DNA of 64,000 bases from NCBI GenBank assembly GCA_021613535.1, contig CP075496.1:12834001-12898000 (forward strand), written 5' to 3'. The position numbers and the translations under genes were made by a program. The stretch's first letter is position 1; every line of letters starts with the position of its first letter. This document shows, piece by piece, positions 26,411-41,156 of this stretch. Below the pieces are notes generated by a model. The model was given only the letters and a program-made list of their open reading frames with translations, did not search any database and was not told where the DNA came from. This DNA comes from Adineta vaga (taxonomy: Eukaryota > Animalia > Rotifera).

Positions 26411-27842
26411 ATGTCTTATTATCAAGTTTCTCGTAAGTTCTGTTTGTTTGTTTTTTCTTAAATAAAAAAAAAGTTACAATTAGATAATATTTAGTTCTCC
26501 TTTCATTAGTATTGATAATCATTCATATGAATTGTTTGACATATGCCAAAGAACAAGATTCCACTACTATTCATCTTGAAGCACCTCATTTAACTGATCG
26601 AATACATAGTGATCGACCACCAATACAACTTTCGGTGGATAAAGCACGAAAGAAATCGAAAACAATAGTCTCTGCAACTAAGAATCTATTCAATCCATGT
26701 AACGGGTCATATGTAAAAACAAATGGAACAACTTGTGGTCTTAAACAAATCATGCTCGGTCGTTGCTATGAATATCAGTATATTAAATATCAATTATTTC
26801 TCACAAATCGATCGTAAGATATTGTTTTCATATTTTCTATTTTATTAAAATTCAAAGAATTTCTTTCTCAAAAGGAATGTTAAAAATTGTTCACAACTTT
26901 ATCAAACATTTGAATCTGCAGTACGACATAAACAACATTGTAATATGAATATGAGTACATATCAAGCATATTTCGACTTAGCATTAGCCGATGTTCATGT
27001 GATCAATCGAGTAAATCAATTCAAAAGAAAATCTTTGAAGAGGTTTTTCTTATTCTTTGATTAGGCAATGTTTTGGAGTGGTACATATGGTGTTACACAT
27101 GCGTATGGTGGAAATGGAGCAAATTATATAACCTTAGAGGATACACTTGCTGCAGCTATGGTCAATGGTCTCGTTTGGTGTGGAAATGAAAATGCGACCG
27201 AAGGATTTGATTTTATTAGTTGTCCAAATAGTTGTAAAGATAATCGATGGGCTGATTTAGCATTTTGGGGCTTAGCATCGAAGACAGTGAGATCAAAAAG
27301 GAATGAAATAGATGAATTGAAATCATTTACTTTAGTTTGCTCAATTAGCTGCTGGTGAAATTTATGTTGTTCTTAATGGAAGTCAAATAAATCGATCAGC
27401 ATTTCGTAATAATTCATATTTTTCCGATTTTGAACTACCGAATTTTCGACGAATTGGTGAATATCGTGTTACGAAAATAAATATTCTTCTTCTCCATTCA
27501 CCCGATGCAAAAGTTGTGTAAGTCAAATGATTTCTTCACCAACACTTGTTCTCTTCTTCTTTTCATAGTGAGAAATGTGGCGAGAAAAGTCTGATTCAAT
27601 TAGAAGAATTAGTTTTAAATAAAGGTTTTCAATATGCATGTAAAGATGATCCCGAAGAATTAATTTTAATTATGTGCGGAAATCAATGGGAAGCACGAGA
27701 ATGTCAAATAGCCCGACGAGTATTACGACAAGCATGGGACACGAAACTTTATGGAACATCAATTAGCAAACAAAATTCCTATTCGTTTTCTCTCTTTTTA
27801 TTAACGTTTTTATTCGAAATCTTATCTTCAATAAAATTTTAA
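26411..27842 (+). CDS. ADP-ribosyl cyclase / NAD+ glycohydrolase (CD38/CD157 family), probably GPI-anchored (6 exons)
   Basis: MSYYQVS|LLSLVLIII signal peptide; IMLGRCYEY; FWSG; signature TLEDTL; GLVWCG; FWGLAS; VLNGS; catalytic-Glu motif FSDFELPN; hydrophobic C-terminal tail. Confidence 0.92.
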
Positions 27843-28178
27843 TAGATCAATATTTTTCAATACAGATCTCTTCTGTCATTTATTTCAATTAAATCTTCTT
27901 TTTCTCTTTTTCTTTTTGACGTATGTGTAACAATGAATAATTATGATCAATCTATTCGTATTATTAAAGAAGACATAATGAATTGATCGAATGATAATTA
28001 TTCATCGATAAAACGAATTGACGTTTTATTCAAAGTAAAAGTCTACGATATTATAGATACAATGTTTCGAAGAAAAAAGAGAAGAAAACAAAGCACACAA
28101 AAAAGACGAATTTTTTGTCTGTGTATACATCCAGCACCATTGATTTCACAAACGAAAGAGATACATATTTGACTTATG

Positions 28179-31100
28179 TTAAACAACCGTTGTTGGACTA
28201 TCGTGAGCAAGGACGAGCTAAAACAAAAAAAGAAAACAAAATATGTTTAATTTCTATTCTTAATGAAAGTGAAAAATATTGAATTCCGTTTCCAATAGCC
28301 CAGTAATAAAGAGCGGTTATTCTCATGCTCACAAAAACATAATAAAACATCAATCACTCATGCAAATCGGATATAGTCATTTAAGACAATTATAAAAGAG
28401 CAGCAAAACCCACTTCATCCTCAACAGTATCAGCCAATGGTGTTTCTTTCCGTGGAAAACGCTAAATTATATAATGGAAGAAAATATTCAATGAGCGAAA
28501 ACAAAAAGACAGAAAAGAAGTATTGAAGGATGACAATTTCTACCTTTAAGCTTGGTGATATTCCATTTGGAATGCCATTTTCATTCATTGGACAAACTAA
28601 ATCATCAGCTTCGACCGAACGTGTTCGTCGATGAGCGAATAAACCACGTGAAAATTTGATTTTTGTATGTGCAGTTAATGGTTGATAATTCGGCGATTTT
28701 TCATATTGATTTTTACGATCTTGTAAATCATTACCAATTAATTCTTGAAAACGCATTGTTAAATGTCGTCGTAATAGGGTTTTCGACATTGGTATTGATA
28801 GAATTTCCGCTAATGTTGAAGCATTGAAACGTAATTCAAGAATCTTTAAGAAATAGATATGATTTTTTTAAAAAGAAACAAAAAAAACGGTGGCTTTTAT
28901 TTCTTACAATCAAAGCACCACAAACACCTGATCCACGTAGATTTGGTGCATATTCCGATAAATCAATCGATCGTAACCATTCCATAACACGATGGTTTGA
29001 CCAATGCATGATTTCTGTCATATCATTTTTATCATCTGAACCTGGTCGACGTTTAATACATGATGGATTAAAACCATTTAAACGTAACACTTGAATAGCA
29101 CGTTTTATACTCAAATGATGAAGTTCATTTGTTATATTTAAATAAATAATATCTTCCTAAACAAAAATAAGATGAATAACATACTATTCAAAATGTTTGA
29201 TTTCTGTTTTCATACAAGAGTTAGATTATTGAGAAGACGACCATCAATTTTCGATTCAACAAAATATTCTTTATATTGAGGTAGACCAATATCATCAAGC
29301 CATTCTTAAGAATAATTTGTAGAAAAATGTTAACAATGATTATTAGAAGAAAAAAACAATTTTTGAATTATACTTTGAACCCAATGTGTATCGAGAATGT
29401 TTGCTTCAGTTTGTCGTGTACATAGACCATTTAAACATAATTGAAGTTTTTTTCGATGCAATGGATTCCGCATGCCAATTTTCTAAAGATCAAAATGTTT
29501 CTCTCTTTTCAAGTTTGTCTTCTTCTTACTTTTTCTAATTCTTGTGGTGAAGCATGTAAAAGTTGTAAACCATTTTTGAAATGTTTTCGACATTCACTGG
29601 CATATTGGCCAAGACCAATACCATATAACCAATTTACAATTTGTTCAGTTTGCCAACGAGAAAATGTCGTTTCCAAAGCACTGAAAAAGACAAGAATACC
29701 ATGACAAAATTTCATTTACAATCAAATATTAATCACAATATAAAGAGGCAGTCTTTTGTATCAACATTTCCCCAAGATAAGTTCATGGACATGAACATTA
29801 TTAAGATTTTTTCGGAACATCTGGAAACTGCCTTTAGGCCAGAAGACACAGATGAAATTTTTCTCATCAATTTCATAACAGTTTATCGATTAACAATAGG
29901 ATAGATAAGAGATGATAAAAATCGAACAGTTTTCTTACCTAAGTGGTTTAATTGATGTTTTACCACCACTAGTTGTTGCTCTTAAACCACCACGATTAAA
30001 TGGACTTGCAGTTTGATGTTCACTATCTTCACGAAAATTTCCTGAATTTGTTCGAATAATTCTAAAACATGAAGAATAAGTTTCACATTGAATTTTTTTT
30101 CTTATCATACCTTCCAAAAATACTTCTTAATCCTTTCGCACTTGATGATTTACTCTTATCTAAATTTGTTGATGATGATTTTTTATAAATTGAATATTTA
30201 TGACTTGGTCCATCGGATATATAACCACTTTGATCATCTAAAATTTGTAGAATCAATAATTTTCTTCTGATTTTCATCACTTTCATTCTTACATGTACGA
30301 TTCATTCTATCATCAGACGGAAGTGTTCGAATAATTGTCGATTGTTGTTGTTGTAGTTGTTTATCACGAATAGGTGTCTAGATAATAACATAGCATAGTT
30401 TATTTTTCCAAAGAATTATTTATAAAATATTGACATACATTGGTTAATTCTCTGGTCATCATTGGTTCAGCACTTGAAGCCTAAGAGATAAGACAAAAGA
30501 ACACTTTTTCTAGACAAAATACATATGAGCTATTTACTTACACGTTGTAGGACGTCAAGTTTCAATTTTGCTAATGGATTTTGATAGGCATTTAAACACG
30601 AATCATGACCATTATGGGATGATCGAGTTAATAGACAAGATGATGATGAAGGAGGCTTTTGAGATGGCTATTAAAAGTATATGATTATGTAATTATATTC
30701 AAAGATCTATATTATTACCGGTAAATCTTTATCACTATTCACGGATGGCAATGAATTTGAATCAGAATTATCACCGTCTGCTTCGTAACCAGGTTTTTGA
30801 ATAAGATGATGATTATTGGTATTAGTATTAACTAAATAAATCGATTATAGCTCAAGTTCATTTCTTTTTTTTTGTGACATTTACCAGAATTTTCAATTTT
30901 TTTTGTATTTATTGAGGATAATACTGATGATGAAATTTCGTTTGTGGGTGTACTAGTCGATAATCCAATAGATTGATATTTCGATATTTGACTTTGTAAA
31001 TCTTCAATCTTTTTTTCCTAAAAATAGATATGGATAAGTAGACAAGAAGAAGAGAGATAGAGTGTAATTATAGTATCGTAATTACTTTTTCGTCGTTGGA

Positions 31101-33484
31101 TTTGACAAGAGATTCAATACGTCGTTTCAAACGTTCGATGTCGCTTTCTAAGAAAGACAGACGAATTAACTACAACTGTTTGTTAATGACATTGGAAAGA
31201 AAAAGGAAAATGAATATGAGCAAATGTGAATGTATGTATGAGCAGAAAATCGAAGACGAAAAATAGACCAACAGAAGGCGATAGAAAAGAAGAGAATGTT
31301 GATAATTTGAACTCGACAAGATGTGAATATAGAATGACCTCGACAATCATCAGCTGACACGCACGTACACGGACATATATACATAGATCGCCTATTTTAT
31401 TATCACTTCTACTTCTTCTTTTTCTTGTTCGTACTTACCACGACGAATAGAACAGTGTGATGGATATCTAGGTGGAAGCGAACTATTTGTAGTATATGGA
31501 TAAGCTAAGATCCATGGTTTGGTATTGATCTCGGACGTGACATAGGATGACATTTGATTTCTAGGCAATATTCTTCAGTAGGAGACGCGATAGAGCATAC
31601 GATAATTGCTTGATCGATCGAACAATCTTGTACATAGATATGATAGAAATAAGAACAAAGAAATGGAAATACGATGGGAAAAGAAGAGAACAGAAAAATA
31701 TCCAGGAAAAAAGTAATAATAACAACAACAACATCATCATCATCATCATCGTGGTGGATCTTCTCTTTCTCGCATCATTTTTGTCCATGAGGGAAAATTT
31801 GACCTTGCCTTAGAAAGATTGATCAAATAGAAATAAACTTTTATAAATGCCTTTCTCTATATGAGATAGGAGAAGACTTCTTTTGCCTCATCAAACATAT
31901 CTTACCCATAACTGATGATGGTGTACCACGTCCATTCAATGCTGATGTAGATCGAGAACTAATCCAGTCATGATTTCCATTAGCTAGACGAGCTTTATAT
32001 GCTTCATTTTCTTCCTTGAAATTAAGAAGTTATCTTAATTTATCGAATAGGAGAATACTAAATGAGACATACTTGAAGTCGTCGAACTTTATCTTCAAGT
32101 TCATAACGTTCTTTTTCTAATGTATCCAAACGAATTTTGAAATGATTAATTTCATTTAAAAATTGTGATGGATCAATCATTGTTTGTGCCGAATCCTAAA
32201 AATAATGAAATAATTTCTTAATAAGATTTATTTTTCTCTTTTATATATAAACTTTCGAATCTAAATATCATCACATACTCTGTTTTAGTATCATTAACAT
32301 ATATGCTTAACTAACCTTTCGTCTTTTAGATGACATTATTCCACCTGTATTTTGATGTATATGCATACATTGTGTCTTATCACCGTTATTAGTATTACTA
32401 TGACTGAAATTGCTACATGATATTGTCTTCACGACGATACTCATTTTGAATCAAATGAACGTATGCAACTGTTGGATTAAATATTGACCATGGTGAAGGT
32501 ATGAAAAGTACAGACGTAGACAAGCCAAGCGTCAACCTGTTCTCTTTTGCTTTCTCGTCCTTATTTTTTTCCTTCTTTCCTTTAGTAATATTTTCGTATT
32601 TTTCTTTGTCTTTCTCTTTCTTTCTCACTTCGTTATATGTCCTTTCTTTGCCTAGGAGTGTTCTGTTTTCGATAAAGTTGATGACGCCGACGACGACTCA
32701 CACATTCGGCATCTGCTATTACATTGAGCAACTACGGATGTATACGAAAGTATAAGCAATGCACAAGTCTATTTCATTGTTCTTTTTCTTTGTCGATATA
32801 TATGTATATTTTGCATCTGATTCAGTATGTCTGACCGAAGTAATATTACTTTTGTACTATTCTGATTGAACCATCTAATGAGATGTATAAAGAGAAGGAG
32901 AAAGAATACATACGTGCTGGATAAAAGACGACTGTTGATGAACATGCGCAGAATGGATATGTGAAGCGTTCATTGTTGAATTATGATACTTTGGTTTTGT
33001 TCGACGTTGTAATTGTTCAAATTCTTGAATAGTATCTTGTTGAAGTTCTAATTTTTCTGTTAAAACTTGAATTTGTAAATTCAATGAACTTCGTTCATTT
33101 TCTAATCGATGTAATTTGTCTGTTAAACGATTCGAATCCTGATCATATACAAACAAATAGAGAAATAAAAAAGAAGGTCATTATTGAACATCTGGACTAA
33201 TAAATTCATAAAAAAAAATAGATAATTCTTTATTTTTTTTATCATTCATTAAATCTGTTGTCTCCATGTGTGATTGTATATATTCGGCAGGCAATGTTTT
33301 TTTTAGAACAGAAAGGTCTTTTTTGTTTTCTTTTTCTTCTTATATCATAATCATCTTTCAACAGACATTGCATAGTTTTTCATCAGAAAAAATACCGTTG
33401 TATAATTAGATAGAAAACAAGAAAAAGTATTCTTACCCAAAATGATTCCATTGGAAAATGTTGATGTTTATCATCTCGTGGCAT
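28179..33484 (-). CDS. PPFIBP: Liprin-beta (coiled coils plus three SAM domains), multi-exon
   Basis: LHRLENERSSLNLQIQVLTE; IERLKRRIESLVKSNDEK; FNRGGLRATT; FSRWQTEQIVNWLYGIGLGQY; WLDDIGLPQYKEYF; WSNHRVMEWLRSIDLSEYAPNLRGSGVCGAL; KTLLRRHL. Both termini are uncertain (see findings). Confidence 0.92.
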
Positions 33485-34104
33485 CTCATCTATCGTCTAT
33501 GATACTGAAAGAAGTTAATGAACACGATTATACTCATTTTCTTTTCTTTTTCTTACTGCATATACACATATGTTTTATAGCTTTCTGAACAAAAATCAGG
33601 CAGACCAATGAACTGAATGTATATGTATATGTATATGTATATCTTGATGTACATAGGAGAAAGTAGAAATGGATGTATAATAAGAGAAGGAAAAGGGCCA
33701 AAAAAAAAGACCGATAACAGACAGCGATATGTCACAGATATGTCGAGAGAAGAATGGTATAAAAGTTGATGCAATCTATATACAAATAGATTTTAGCAGA
33801 AAATGAACATTAGCACATGTCAGAATCATTTGTTAAATTACAAAAAAAGAAAGAATTTCAATTGAAGTAAACGAGAGCTTCTTTTACTCCGATTCTTCAA
33901 TTATTTGATCAAATAATGTATAAAAATGATCAATTACTTTTCTTACTATCTTGTCTTCGATGACATCTCAATCTAATCAAAGTCAACATATACTATCTTG
34001 TTATTTATAATTATTATTTATTATCATTTGATTTCTATTAAAAATCAATTTGGACTTTTTCTCTCATCCGATGATTCATTGGAAATAAAACGAATAGAAC
34101 CTAC

Positions 34105-34344
34105 CGTTTGCTTTGGAACATAAGAATAATCTCCAATATTTAAGGATAATTCCGTACGATAGCGTTGATTATTTAGTAAATTTGCTGCAAGTTGTTCAGT
34201 AATGTTGTTATTAATAGTAGCCATATTACTACCAGCTGTAGGAAGATTAACATTAGGCATGGAAGATGCTGGTAATTTGAGCGGAATTCGACCGAAAGCA
34301 ATATTTGACCATTTTGTTGTTTCACCCATTTTCATTCCAACCAT
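34105..34344 (-). CDS. Candidate distal first exon of liprin-beta (or a stand-alone 99-aa small ORF, 34045-34344)
   Basis: AG acceptor shortly before the ATG, coding-like composition, and an internal phase-0 donor ACG|GTAGGT at 34105 that is compatible with the phase-0 liprin exon starting at 33138. Confidence 0.45.
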
Positions 34345-35508
34345 GATGAAAGATTAGTATCGTCTTCTAATCACTATTTGTCAAATGCGATTAAACTAGG
34401 CAATGATTAGAACATCATTATATATGATATTGATGTGATGAACAGAAAAAAGACCTCGTATATAAATATATAGATATATATCAAATGTATGTTGTAATAA
34501 ACGTAATTTGAAATCGGTCTATCTTGCTCTAACAAAACTCGTATAAATGAATGTTATCGTTTAGTTTGGTCAAAAATATAATGAAAGTAAATGATCGACC
34601 ATCATTCGTCGTATGGTCATATGGACAATATCATTACATTGAAAGAGCAAAAAGAAGAAGAAGAAGACGAGACTGATGTATTTTTTTTTACGTTCATATT
34701 GTGTTAATAATCTCGAGTATATATATATATATATTACGATTGATGTTGAAGATGTAGTTGATTGAAAACATAATTTTTTCTAACAAACGTGACTGTATCT
34801 GTCTATTTTCAACAAGTACAAAGAAATGAATCGGCTTCCTATTGTATCAACTAATTGTCATTCTTCTTTTGTCATCTTTACTTGTTCGATATATTCGCTT
34901 TTATTTATTCATGTCAAAATATTCACATCTATTCTTTTCTTTTATATGTTAATCAAGAATACATATTGTGAACAGAGTTACATATGGAGTTTGATGTTTA
35001 ATACATCGATTATACATTACATCATATATGATTTCATTGCCCAATAAAAGATATGTGTTCTTAGATTCGAAAGAATTTATTTATCTAAGACAGATCATAA
35101 TGTCCTTCTTGCATTTTATATTCGATCAATTTCAATCGTAACAGACACTTTTATTTCTCTTCTTCTTTCTCTTTGCACAAATCAAAAAAAAGAAACGGAC
35201 AAACATGCAAAAAAATAGTTTATGTGTGTGTGTGTGTGAATGTTGATAATGCTGTTTTAACAATAAAATAGGAGAAAAGGGTAATAAAAAACGCCGTTAG
35301 TAACGATCAAGTAGAAGAAAAGAAAAAAAACGAGAAGATTTTGATCTTTTTTTTTAAGTGTTTAGAACCAACTCTTGAAGAATGAAGAAAAGTATATGGA
35401 TATGAGAATGATCTTAGACGCATATACACACACACATCCATACATATAAATATGAATGTTTGAGATCAGAGAGAAAAGAAGAAGTAGAAGAAAATGTCTA
35501 AATATAAT

Positions 35509-36466
35509 TTAAACTTTTGATGTTGAATCCGTTGATTTATTTCGTGTATTGGAATTTGTATCCGTATTTGAAGAAAGTTTTGATTGATCTAACCAGAATT
35601 TATCTACCTAGAAAAAGAAAAGTTCAGTTTCTTTTACACATTATTTTCGTTTATTTCAAATAAAAATTTACCAATTTAATAATGTGTGTTTTTGTATCAT
35701 TATCTCCTTTAGCTGATAGTTTGGCATTTGCTGTGTTTGCTGAATGAGATGGTGTATCGATCGATACGTGTTCTGCACGATATGGATCAACAATTCGAAC
35801 ACTATTATTAATAAGAATATCATTATTTGACCAACGAATAACTTGATTCATTCTAAAGAAGAAAATAATTTAATCATTTTAATGAAGGATTAAGAAAAAT
35901 AAATTACGTCTTTTTAAGATCGCGAAAGAGTGCTTGACCAGTTCGACTAGCTTTTAAATTAACAAATGATGCTTCTTTTTTCTTTTCACTTTCATTTTCA
36001 GCTTGACGTTTTTTCAACTAAAATAAGAATCAAATTAACTTCTCGAAAAGAACCATAATATATTGATATACTTTGCTAATATCAATTGGATAAAGTGGTT
36101 CAAGTGTTTCATCTGTCGGTTCTTGCATAACAGTCCATTCTCGACAATGAATTAGATTAATAACCGCAATAGATGTTAGACCTGGTTTTGAACCTTTCAT
36201 ATCTAAATTTACGAAAACAAAATAAAAAATTGGTCGTTCTGATCTATGTATCTCTTGTTTAACTTACGTAATGTAACTAAGTTTGATCCATTATCAAAAG
36301 CGACGACTTTTCCCGTTCGAACAATGTCAAATATAGTTGTTAATCGAACAATACTATTCACACGTAAATTATTTGAAGGTGGTGATGGTGTTGGTATTGG
36401 ACTTGAATGATTACTATTGTCTCGTTTGACAAGTTGCGGATTTTCATGATGATCCATCAAACGCAT
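35509..36466 (-). CDS. LSM12: LSM12-like protein (LSm plus anticodon-binding AD domain, 5 exons)
   Basis: VNSIVRLTT..GKVVAFD..LVTL; TGQALFRDLKKT|MNQVIRWSNNDILINNSVRIVDPY; THIIKL|VDKFW. Confidence 0.88.
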
Positions 36467-36811
36467 TTCATTAAAAATAACCGAACTAAAGAAGAGAAGA
36501 ACTTTTCAAACTTCAATATATGAAAAGCAAAAAAACAAAGAATCGTTTTTCATTTATTAATCATTATTGAATTTGTATCTGTCTATGTATATACAAAAAA
36601 TGATTCATTGAATAAAAAAATTTTGAGTATTTCAATCTGAGATTAGTACATAAGAAGTAAAAATACACACACACACACATGCAAAAAGTGATCTGACCTA
36701 AATGAAATGTGACAATACAAGATTAAATATGTAAACTAGCAAAAAGAAGTAGAGAGAAAAAACAAATAAAGACTAGAAAAAAAAGTATAGAATAAACGTG
36801 TCGAAATATTT

Positions 36812-39800
36812 TCACTGATTGTTATCTAAGGCAGCGGCTACTTTGTAGCCACGATAAGTTGGATTTTGATATTTGACAGTTGCTTGTCGATAGAGTGGAT
36901 TAACGTCCTACGAAACAATCGAATAAGAAAGGAGTTTTGGATGACTTAAACTTACTGTTTCCCATTTCGCCTTTTCACGTTCTTGTTCAAATTTAGCAAA
37001 TTCTCGTCGATCATGTAAAGTAGCTAACATACGCCAAATCATTAAACAAAATAAACCAAATGCTAATATACTTGATACAATGATAATTATTGTTGAACGA
37101 ACTGATAAAATACGTCGACAATCTTCGAGAAAAATAAAAAATATATATATGAAATGAGAACTAACATACAATGAAATGTTTTACTTTTTGTTTTTTGAAC
37201 TCGAAGAATTAATTGATCTTTTTCATTATGGTATGTATAGAAGAAACGGCATTGATCTTGTTCATCATCGAATTGACATAAACGATGATAACGATCTTCT
37301 ACAAAGAAAAAAAAATATCATTTTATTTGATGAGAAGAAAAAGAGATGATTCGTTACTTCGAGCATCATCAATAATCTCAAAACGATATGGACATTGTTC
37401 ACATTGTTCATCTGTTAACGATCCACTATGAAATACTTTACAAAGAACACAATCTTTTGTTGCAGCACAACGATGTTCACATGTCTAAAAATTTTGAATT
37501 TAAATATGTTCATTTCTTTTCTTCTACTTCAAATTAAGTCAAGTTAAATTGCTTAACTGACAAATTCTCATGAGAGACATATAATAAACTTAATTAAGCT
37601 TACACAAATCTTTAGGGAAATCACTTTTCATATGACCAAAATGAGAATAAACAATGAATAATGTATTAAACAACTTACCGGACAATCTTCACATGTAGGT
37701 CCAAGATATCCCGAATCTTTATTACATTTACATCGACCACATTCGCATTCACCTTGTTTATTGCAAATAGTCTAAATGAAGAAAAAAAGGATATTTTAAT
37801 ATAAATCAAAGAACAAATGAAGTTCTATTTACATTATTCACAAGACAACCATCCTTTTTTGTTGTACATGAACAATCATCTCCTGTCCAACCTTCTTGAC
37901 ATTTACATCGTTTATCACAACCACATATACCATGATCTGGTCCTAAATATTTTCTCAATCATAAAACAAATTGAATCATTCTTTTTTGCTTTGTATACCT
38001 GAACAAACAAGATCATTTTTTCTTGGACATGAAAAATCATCACATTCACAATAATCTCCATAGATACGTTGACCCGACTAGAATTATAAATCATATCCAA
38101 TCTATTCTTAATATCTTCATATTCTTACTTCAATTGTTGCTGTTTCACATTTACATCTTCCACAAACACATTGTCCTCTTCCCGAACAAATATCCGATGA
38201 TCCTGGTCTAGAAATTTCACAACTTTACAATCGCCGAAAGAGTCTTTGCCGTTCGTTATTCTTACTTTTTGCATTGTTGAATCTTTGATTCAACTGTTGG
38301 TGAAGCTGTATCACATTCACATTCACGTCCATAAAAACCTTTCGCACATGTACAAACTCCACATTCATATGTACCATGATTAGAACATTGAGGACTATTA
38401 ACTTGACGTGGTACTTTTGAGCATGAACATGTACAATTCGTTTGAACTGTAATACGCATTTTATCATTTAATCCATGAGTATAAATTGAAAATGTCGTTG
38501 GTGCACCATTATTAATACATTTCGTAGCCAAAATTTCGACTTCGAAATTGACTAAATTGACATATTTTATTGTGAAATGAATAATCAATGAATTACACTT
38601 ACAACGCCACCAACACTAACAGTACATTCAGGTTTATCTCGTTTATTTCTATATAAAAAATAGTGAAATGAGATTATTGATAGAGATGTTAACTTACTCT
38701 TGACAATCGGGTGTAAATTTAACAGTTAAACCATCAGGTAAATCATTTGAAACCATCATCATTACTGATGATGAAATTTTCTAAAGATCAAATCAATTTC
38801 CAAACTCATGTAATGATGAAAGGAAAAAAACGAATCTTACTCGATAGTTTTGACTGATTAAATTAACAATATTACTTGAATCTTGTTTTAATTCACCAAC
38901 AACAGCGCCATCAATTAATTCGGTTAATGTTTGATAAAGTACTAATTGAGATTGTGTTACAGCAAAGATAATATTCACATTTTTTTCACTTAATTTCGCA
39001 CTTATTTGACCAATCGATGGATAATCCTTGAAAAATCAAAACATTACTCATTGTTTATTTCAATTCAAAAGCAAACAAACTACTCACTTGTTTATCACTA
39101 TGAGTATATTCATTATTGACCATATGACATTTACCATCATTAGGTTCAATTATACCAGCCAACTAAACATTGTAGAAGAAGAAGAAAGAAAAATGATAAT
39201 AATTCATTTTATTTCAAAGAAAATCAATCATCTCTTATCGATAATCTTCAAATTCATTTTTTTCTCATAGACAAATAGATCTCTTCGAGTAAATCATAAT
39301 ATTTGATTGCTCGAGGCAAAACTACTAATGTGTTAATCTCTTTAGTACATCTGTTACATACTCTTCCGTCGCCTGCATAATGAAAACCGGCATCTGTTGA
39401 GAAAACAATTAATTTTCGTGAATCATTTCTCCAACCAATAACATCCTTGAAACAAAACAATAAAGATCGTACTTTATCAAAGATTTACTTACATCACAAA
39501 CAATGGCTTGCATAATTGCATCTAATCCACCTTCCGGTGCATCGATATTTCCGGAAACGGGTGCTTCTCGTACTTGATACTAAAAGATCCATATATACAA
39601 TATTTTAAGATTTGTTTTCAATGAAATTCTCACTTCAAATTCAGCAACATCATCTGATAAACTCATATGATTTTTAAATCCATAAGCTTTTACACATGGT
39701 CCAGTATAACTAGTTGGACATGGACGTTCGACACTAGAGGAAAAAAGTGGTTTCTTTGAATGAAATTTGTTTTCAAAATAAAAAAGTCGTACGTGTTCGG

Positions 39801-40526
39801 TGCAGGTTGAACAAATGGTGGAACATTTTTATCAACAAATGAACCAAATCCAAGACGAAAATTTTTTGTTATCGACTGCATTTGTGTTGCTAATATTCGG
39901 CCTAGATAACTCAATTTTTCTTTATCATCAAGCATAGAATGTGATAAATCCATGAGAAAATATAAATCAACTGGATAATCTTCTGCTTGACGAAATCTTA
40001 TTGGAATTTTTTCCGAATCATCTAAATAAGTCAATGAAACTATTGGAAAAGATAAATGATTGCCTTACTAATTCGTAAAATAACATGGACAGCTTGAGGT
40101 GATAATTGAACAGCTTGTGATGTACTATTAACTGCATTGGAGAGTGAATCATTTTGTAAAACATAATGATAACTTTGAAATGAAATTAAATGATCCGAAC
40201 AAACTGATTGTAGATTATCAATTGTGTCACAATGAAAAAATGAACCATTACGTGATGAAATATCGGTTGAATTCTATTTGAGAAAAAGAAAAGTTAATAA
40301 TTGATTTTCTTGAATCTTCATTTGAATTTACCTGAGTACACCAAGCACATTGATTTGATAAAGATAAACATGTTGAACATGTTTCTTTTGAATTACATTG
40401 TTCTATAATGAGAAGAATTGTTTATTCAATGAAAAATATTCGTCATTTACCTAGACTTGTGATGACATGAATTACGAATAGAAATAGAATGATTAAATTA
40501 ATTAAAAAAGATGTTTTTATCAGCAT
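36812..40526 (-). CDS. ITGB: Integrin beta subunit, multi-exon
   Basis: Signal peptide; PSI cysteines; YPVDLYFLMDLSHSM (MIDAS DxSxS); FRLGFGSFVDK; SGNIDAPEGGLDAIMQ; STDAGFHYAGDG; I-EGF repeats; TM; HDRREFAKFE; two NPxY motifs (NPLY, NPTY). Confidence 0.97.
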
Positions 40527-41156
40527 TGTTTAAATGGAAAGAGAAGAACAGGACACGGAATCAAATTGTATCTATGTATGTGTTGCGATGAGAAGAACAA
40601 CAACAAAAAAAGATATAGTGTACAGATCGATGGATGGAACGAACGAACGATGAATGAAGAAGGACCGACCAAAGAAATACAATGGACAAATCATCTAAAG
40701 GTATATAGATGTCGTTCTTGAGTTGAAAGAATTTTTCTTAGAACTGTACATATCGATTCAGTAGTAGTAAAAGATAATTATATGATCTTAACATGAGATT
40801 GTTTCATTGAAATTCAAATTTTCTATATTACTGTTATTATTAGCATTTAAGATCATATATATATATATAGTATTCATTGATACTAAAGATAAACAGTATA
40901 ACTATCATATTCAATGATTTCCGAATATTTTGTAAATACTAAACTAAAAAAGTTCTTCGCATTTGTTTGTTTATCTTTGCTAAGTTAACATCATATGTTA
41001 CCTTGATCATTTTTTTTTACAACAGATTGTTTTTTCTCGTTCTATTGCGCTTATTCTTTACTATCAAGAAAGGAGGAAAAAACCTTGCACGTTCTTTTTT
41101 TTATGCAAAATGTTTACTTCTATTTCATTTTACCACACAACCATTCGACAAGAAAT

